A DNA stretch of 64,000 nt from assembly GCA_951406725.2 (NCBI GenBank), contig OX597816.1, forward strand, positions 140,802,001-140,866,000, in the 5' to 3' direction. The notes below the pieces were generated by a model. It saw nothing but the letters and a program-made list of their open reading frames with translations. It did no database searches and was not told the DNA's origin. Both the position numbers and the translations under genes were made by a program. This document shows positions 57,359 through 64,000 of this stretch, one piece after another. This stretch comes from Octopus vulgaris. Taxonomy: Eukaryota. Within the stretch, counting starts at the first letter, position 1, and every line of letters starts with the position of its first letter.

Positions 57359-58417
57359 GATCCCCATAAGTAATGTTTAAATATTGGGTAAGAAGGAAAG
57401 ATCTCTAAATTTCAAAATTAGAATTCAATCATTAACCTAATTATGAACATTTTCACTGACTTCTTTCCAATGATTTAAGTTTTTTTAATATCATTTGTGT
57501 AAAGAATGTAGAGTAAGTAGTTTCTATTTCTTCATGTTTCAAGAATTAGTCCATCAAGGTAATCTTATAAACTTCAGAATAGGTAGTATTCAAATAGATT
57601 AAGAGGATATGGAAAGTTTTCAATCTTTTCAGAAGTGGTCTTTGCTGTATGGAATCATGCATTATCATGATGGAACACCACTTCTTTGCATTTCACTAAA
57701 GTAGATCTCTTTTCTTTCAAAGAAGTGTTTAACCTTTTAGCAGTCAGCTTACTCTGTCAAGTGTAATGTTTATTTATTCACATTGCTTTGACTTAATCAT
57801 GCATTATCTCATAGCTTTGATATTTTGATGGTTTACTTTTAGAAATACATTGTAAGGTAGATGTGAGATGCCAGATCTGGCCAGTTTGAACATTAAACAG
57901 GTACAATACTTGGGCTAGATATGGCTGGTTTAGATGCCAAAAGGTTAAACATTCTAACTATTGACAGTAAATATCTGCTGTAATTGTTTCATTAACTGGC
58001 TGCAATTCAAAATGGATCACACCAACACAGTCCCACCCGACACTAAACAATGTTTTTCTTGGCTGGAGGTCTCTTGGATTGTGGTTTAGCCAGTTTGCCT
58101 TCAGTGAACCATTGTTTGTGTCACTTAACAATCTTGTAAAAGATTCACTTTTCATCATTACTTGCTAAACTTTTAAAAATGGTGATATGTGTTCATGAAT
58201 GTGTAGAGAAGTGCAGATATCCATTTGTAATATGTGTTGTTTTCTGTCAAATTATGGGAACTCATTTTCCAAGCTGTTGCAGAAGCCAAACTATTGAATG
58301 ACTTGAATTCAGCTTCTAGGTTGCTTCAACCATAACAGCAATGTTTTGATAAAGTTTTCACAAAAGTAGATTTTCATTAAACTTAACCAGACAGCCTAAA
58401 CAACTTGGGTGACCTAA
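57359..58417 (-). mobile_element. Degenerate mariner relic
   Basis: KTLFSVGWDCVGVIHFELQPVNETITADIYCQ, resuming beyond the MITE as LECLNTSLKEKRSTLVKCKEVVFHHDNA. TIR-like CCCCATAAGT and ACTTGGGTGACC at the ends. Confidence 0.8.
57733..57944. mobile_element. piggyBac-like MITE, copy 4, inserted in a mariner relic
   Basis: TTAA|CCTTTTAGCA...TGCCAAAAGG|TTAA with the TTAA TSD intact. Confidence 0.85.
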
Positions 58418-58543
58418 ATGAAATTTCTGTAAATTTTGTTTCAACTGGAAGAGTATGTTGTTTTGTGCATTTACACATTAACAAGTATGTTGTTGAGTAT
58501 GTTTCATTTACCAGTTTATGAAGACTTTCTTTCTCTCTTTTAG

Positions 58544-58761
58544 TGAATACAGCGTGTTAAAGGAACATTTTCGAAAGGAACATTATTTATGTGAAGAGCC
58601 CGAGTGTGCCAATGCACAATTCACTCATGCATTTCGCACTGATATTGACCTTAAAAAACATATCACTCAGGAACATGGGCAAAATCTTACCAAGGCCCAA
58701 GCACGACAGGCACGCACTATTGATTTAGATTTCCAACTGCCTCCACGCATCAGAGCTAGAG
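58544..58761 (+). CDS. ZNF598: ZNF598 exon 4
   Basis: TTTTAG acceptor; phase 2 joins exon 3 (GA|T = Asp). Translates EYSVLKEHFRKEHYLCEEPECANAQFTHAFRTDIDLKKHITQEH...ARTIDLDFQLPPR. GTAAGA donor, phase 1. Confidence 0.93.
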
Positions 58762-59184
58762 GTAAGACTTAAATTTTCAAATATAACAGTTTACTAATAT
58801 GTATTGAAGTTTACTTTAATTAATATATCATTTGTTAATAATTAATTTAATAATTTGCTTTGTCTGTATTTATCACACTATTATACGTTTCTAAGCCATG
58901 ATAATTCTGTTTATAGATTTTGGCTTGTAATGTTGGTTATAAAAGATGAACTGATTCTTTCTATAATGTATCAGTTTCTCATTTTTAACTTTCTGTAGAT
59001 AGCAAAATACTTATTTCATCCAAGCCAGCATGGAAAACAGACAGCCTCTTCAGACACATAAATGATGTGTCTGAAGAGACTGAATGTGGCTCATATGGAA
59101 ATATGAGTAAAAGAATAATGTAGTTCCCCGACAAATATAGTTTCAGGTTATGTGATCATTATTGTGGGATATCCTACTTATATG

Positions 59185-62106
59185 ATAGGGGAGCTCCAAA
59201 AGGGGTCTCAGGGAGTAGTGTCCCTGCCTTTCCGAGCTAGTTTTCCATCACATTTCTTAAAAATCATGGTAGAGCCCTTGGTCTCAGGACTACTCATGTC
59301 TAGAAACTGAGGTTGAGGATAAGCAAGGGCATGCTCCCCGCGGAAAATCCAGCTCCAAAAAAGCCTCATGACAACAGCAAAGAAGCATGGATACCAGCCA
59401 GCCCAAAGGTTGGGGTGGGCTGCACCTGCCTACCTCAAAAAGGAAGGTACAAACCCTATCTTGGCTCATGCAAGCATGATGTCCGATAGCCTGAGTAGAA
59501 ACTTGGAGTGAGGTTTGGAAGTTAGGAAGTGGGCAGTCTGTGTGGAAGGGGGACTGAGGTGTGTGAGGAAGAGGAAGGTGGATGTATGCAGGAGGCTTGG
59601 TGGCCAGGATGCAAGATTTGTGGGGGTCAAGGGAAGAAGGTACATGTTGTGGTCAGGAAATGGCAAGGGGACTGGAGGTGTGGGAGTTTTGGTGAAGGAA
59701 GAAATCTGTGTCGAGGTAGTGGAGGTTAGGAGAAAGAGTGACAGTGTTGAGGGTGATTTGTGGGTATGGTCTGCAAAGAAGAATCGCTGATTAAGTGCAT
59801 AAGATAGATGAATTGGTTTGGGGCATGGGTGATTTTAATGGACATGTTGGGAAATGGATTCAGGAATTTGAGGGTGTGCATGGGAGAAACAGAATTGGGG
59901 AGAGAAATATAGAAGGAAGGATGCTGTTGGAGTTTTGCAATGAGGAGGAGTTGTGTGTGGCAAACACATGATTTAGGAAAATGGAGAAAAGGAAAGTGAC
60001 TTTCAGTGCAGGAGGGAATGAGACAGATTGATTTTGTGTTGGTTGGCATGGAAAACAGAAAGTATCTGAGAGATGTGAAGACAATACAAAGGGAGTTGCA
60101 GCACAGGTTGGTGGTTTCTGACTTGGATAAGAAGAAAGTTAAAAACTGTGAGAGAAAGGGAACGATAGAGTGGAGAAAGGTGTGGAAACTGAAGGAAGAA
60201 GAAACAAGAGCAAAGTTTGAGGAGAGAGTTGGGGAGTTGGTAAGCATTGATGCACTGGATTTGTGGAAGTCTTTTAAAGAAGGGATACTAAACGCATGTA
60301 ACAAAGTGTGTGGAAGAATGATAGGTAGGAGAGATCAAGGAGATATGTAGTGGTGGAATGAGGAGGTGAGGGATGTGATAATGAAGAAGGAGGCGCACAA
60401 GGCTCTATGTTATAATGGGACTGAGCAAATGAAAGCCAGTTATAATGACATGAAGAATCGTGCAGAGAGGATGGTTGCGAGATCTATGAGGAAGGAGACT
60501 GAAGAGAAGTTGAGCAGGCTGGATGAGAACCCAGAGAGAGTGTTTAGGTTTATGAATTTAATGAAAAAAAGATGGAAGAGATGTTGAAGGAGGAAGATGT
60601 ATGAGGGGCGGTGATGGAAGGTTGAATTTTAGTGAGAAGGACAGGGAATGAGTTTGGAAAGAGCATATGGAGGGAATTATGAATGAGGAGAATGAATGGA
60701 ATCAGAAGTTTTGGGAGCATGCAATGAAGATCGCGGAAAGGATGTTGGAGAGGAGAATTCAGAAAACGGTAGATGTGGACATGATGCAATTTGGTTTTAT
60801 GCCAGGAAAGGGGACAATAGATACAGTCTTCATTGTAAAAAGATTGCAAGAGAAATGCTGATATAAGAAGTGGTACATGTGCTTCGTTGATCTAGAGAAG
60901 GCATTTGATAGGGTTCCAAGGAAGGTGATTGAGTGGACATTGAGGAAGAGAGGTGTACTAGAGGTAATAGTGAGGGCAGTGATGAGTTTGTATGAGGGGG
61001 GTAAAGACAAGAGTTAAAGTTGGATCAGAGCTGTCGGAGGAGTTTATGGTGAAAGTTGGTGTGCATCAGGGATCTGTGTTGTCACTGTTGTTGTTTGCAA
61101 TAGTGGTTGATGTGGTGATGGAGAGTGCAAGAGAGGGATTGATAATGGGGATACTGTATGCGGATGGCTTTGTTCTGATGAGTGAGACGATGGAGGGATT
61201 GAGGGAGAAGTTTTGGAAATGGAAGGAGGCGTTTGAAAGTAAACCTCGGGAAGACAAAGGTGATGGTGAGCGGGGTGGAAGAAGTTTTAGTGTGGTGTGT
61301 GTGGGAGGAGGGTAATGGCAAATGTGGTGTTGTGTATGATATGTGGGAAATGGATTCATGGTAGATGTATGAAAATGAAGGTGACCTCAAGACTGGCAAG
61401 AGAGTTTGTTTGTGGAAGATGTGAGAAAGGAGCTGGAGGGCTGGTGAAACCAGTGGAAACGCTATGTGATGAGGTAGAAGTGGTGAGAGGATTTTATTAT
61501 TTGAGAGATAGGGTAGATGTAAGTGGTAGATGTGAAGCATCTGTGTCAGCAAGAGCAAGACTTGGCTGGGTGAAGTTCAGGGAATGTGGAGCATTATTAT
61601 ATGGGAAAAGGTTCACTTTGAAGATGAAAGGAAGGGTTTATCGGAGTTGCGTGAGATCTGCAATGCTGCATGGGAGTGAGACATGGTGTCTGAGGGAAAG
61701 CGAAATGGCAGTTTTGAGGACTGAGAGAGCAATGTGTGATGTGAAACTATTGGATAAAAGGAGGGCTGAGGACTTGATAGGGATGCTGGGGCTGGAAAAT
61801 CGGTGGAACAGCTGGTAAAGACAGATATAGTTTGGTGGTATGGACATGTGTTGAGGAGGGATGAGGTTCATGTTCTGAAGAGAGTGCTTGAGTTTAAAGT
61901 GAATGAACTGTGAAAGCAAGGTCAACCAAAAAACAACGTGGAGGAGCAGATTGGGAGGGTTGGCTTGAGGAGAGAGGACACCTAAAACTAGGCTGGATGG
62001 TGTGAGAGTGGTTGCTATAAGAGTGAGGTAGACCTGACACCCCCGCCTATTAACAGGGGGGACAAACCCGGATTTAAAATATTGGAATTCATCTTCATCA
62101 TCACCA
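59185..62106 (+). mobile_element. RTE-clade LINE, near full length but degenerate
   Basis: APE motifs GGVGVLV, GDFNGHVG and QIDFVLV; RT motifs [45 protein letters not shown] and RSAMLHGSETW; (TCA)n tail. Confidence 0.92.
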
Positions 62107-62407
62107 TGGTCGTTGTTCAAAGAATTTGGTACCAGCCAAAAGACTGATAACAAATTCCTCAAAATAGCTACCATAATTGTTGCGAAAATTTAATCAAAAG
62201 CTATTTCAGTTTAATAAAATTTGTAAATTCAAATAAGATGTGAATTCTAATGTTTCAGGCAGACCTGTTCTTGTTTTCTTTCAATTCTTTATTACATGTC
62301 GATCACTAAGTAAAAATAGTAATCTTAGATATTGCTCAGGACTTTTAGCTGTTAAGGAATTTTATTTAACTGTAAAAGAAATTTACATGAAAATCTGAAT
62401 GTTGCAG

Positions 62408-62498
62408 ATATTGGTGGTCGTCCAGACTACAGAAATGAAGCAAGTTCTCGTGGAAGATATTCTAAAGCTCAAAAAGGAAGGGCATATTTTGATGGAAG
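62408..62498 (+). CDS. ZNF598: ZNF598 exon 5 (R/G-rich low-complexity region)
   Basis: TTGCAG acceptor; phase 1 is compatible with exon 4 (G|AT). Open as IGGRPDYRNEASSRGRYSKAQKGRAYFDG, followed by AG|GTAAAC donor. Weakly conserved region, so less certain. Confidence 0.7.
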
Positions 62499-63199
62499 GT
62501 AAACATCTATTTACATTTTCTTCAATAGTTATATGCACTAATGTATTTGTAATGTTTTATTTATTGGAATATAAACGTTCAGATTGAATGAAATTTTGTC
62601 ATAATTTTTTTCAAGAGATCCACTTAGTGAAAGTAAGTGATGTTATTGCAGAGTTGGTCAATACATTTTCTAGAAGCTCAGAATCTGAACAATATGTTTG
62701 TAATAAACTTCAAACCTGTGATCTTTGTTCTATTTATCATGACACATAAAACACAGCTCTTCAATAGTTTCCATGCCTGTACAGACACATTTTCAATATC
62801 ATATTGAAGAGAAGTTTGTTCAACTCAGAAACAGCTGAGGAGATCCAACATGCTGGAAATAGATGTCCTTCATTTTGCTCTGTAGTCTGGTTTAGTGGAA
62901 TTGGAACTTAAATTATTCAGGATTTGGTGTGATGCTGACTATATAACAGTAGGTAGGAATGTATTAGTTACATAAGCCAGTGAATCTTAAACTGACAAAT
63001 GCCAGCCCCTACTCCATCTCCTTTCCTAATATGTACAAGTTGAAAAGTAAGTCATGTTGTATTTTTGACATGATCACATTGAAGGTACTTTTTCAATAGT
63101 TAGGTAAAATAAACATTAAATTTTATATTCTAATGGTTCCTTCTTTGTTTGCAGATTACTTTACACTGTTGTGGTTAAATTCATATCAATCTTTACCCT

Positions 63200-63790
63200 T
63201 ATAAAATGATTTTAGATCAGATGTATATCAGACACTGCATGCTGTATGAATTCCAAAGGGGCTCTTCAGCAGTGGAAGTGGCAAGTAATATTCACCCAGT
63301 CTATGGAAATGAAGCTTTAAGTGTTCAGGCATGCCAATGATGGTTTGACTAGTTTTGCTTAGGAAATTTTTCTTCTGCAGATTCTCCTGAGTCTGGATGA
63401 CCAAGTTTTGTTGATATTGAGCTTCTGAAAATCATAGTTGAAGAAAATCCAAAGCAAACTGCACAAGAATTAGTTGAAGTCATACTTTGATCATAAAACA
63501 TCTTCATGTCTTAACTTGGTTATTAGGTTCCCTCATCATCTGATTGCTTCTCATCTTAATCAAAGAGTTGCTTTCTACTCATCTTTGAAGAGTAGACTTG
63601 CTATTGAGTCTTTCCTAGGTAGAATCATCACAAGTGATGAAAAGTGGATTCTCTATAATCATATCCAATGAAAAAAAACAATGCTTTGTACCCAATGAAA
63701 AAGGAGAATCCATCTCCCAAGCCAGGCTACAACCAAAAAATGTTATGTTCTGTTTGGTGGGATATGAAGGATGTCATTCATATTTAATGC
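63200..63790 (+). mobile_element. mariner transposase fragment
   Basis: IRHCMLYEF and FLGRIITSDEKWILYN motifs; frameshifted. Confidence 0.8.
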
Positions 63791-64000
63791 CATAATCTTT
63801 TCCTGAATGACTTGGTCAATATCTGGCCTTAGATTGTCATGTAAGATCAATACTTCTTTATGATTGACCAATGGTAGGTACTTTTTGTAAATTTTTGTGC
63901 AATGCTTCCAAGTTGAGAACAATATTTCTCTGCATTAACTTAAGCCAAAATGAAACAGTAATGCAGCTAAGTATTGTCATTTGGAAGCCCAGCACATAAA

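Noticed and set aside
62832-62872. CTGAGGA...GAAA...GTC hammerhead-like spacing
   Set aside because: Stems I and II do not pair convincingly.

Overview
AT-rich, repeat-dense eukaryotic DNA. The SINE/LINE content and the very long TA/CA microsatellites look like an octopus (coleoid cephalopod) genome; this taxon call is from recognition only. Two genes sit head-to-head with 405 bp between their ATGs: exon 1 of synaptogyrin on the minus strand (44609-44508) and five exons of the ribosome-collision E3 ligase ZNF598/Hel2 on the plus strand (45015-62498, continuing beyond the window). No synaptogyrin exon 2 was found, so everything left of 44.5 kb is probably intron 1. The rest is transposon debris: Tc1 and mariner relics, piggyBac-type and Merlin-type MITEs, a solo LTR with a 4-bp TSD, an internally deleted Helitron with both termini and a Pif1-helicase remnant, CR1 and RTE LINE fragments, SINEs, and about 17 kb of micro/minisatellite. 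The long YI/HT/MC-rich ORFs are artefacts of those satellites. The most unusual region is 14.3-17.0 kb. It holds a Penelope-like GIY-YIG endonuclease remnant with a long Asn-rich linker, an inverted type I hammerhead ribozyme motif at its 5' truncation, and an ~840-bp fold-back whose arms each carry a hammerhead motif broken by a different core mutation.
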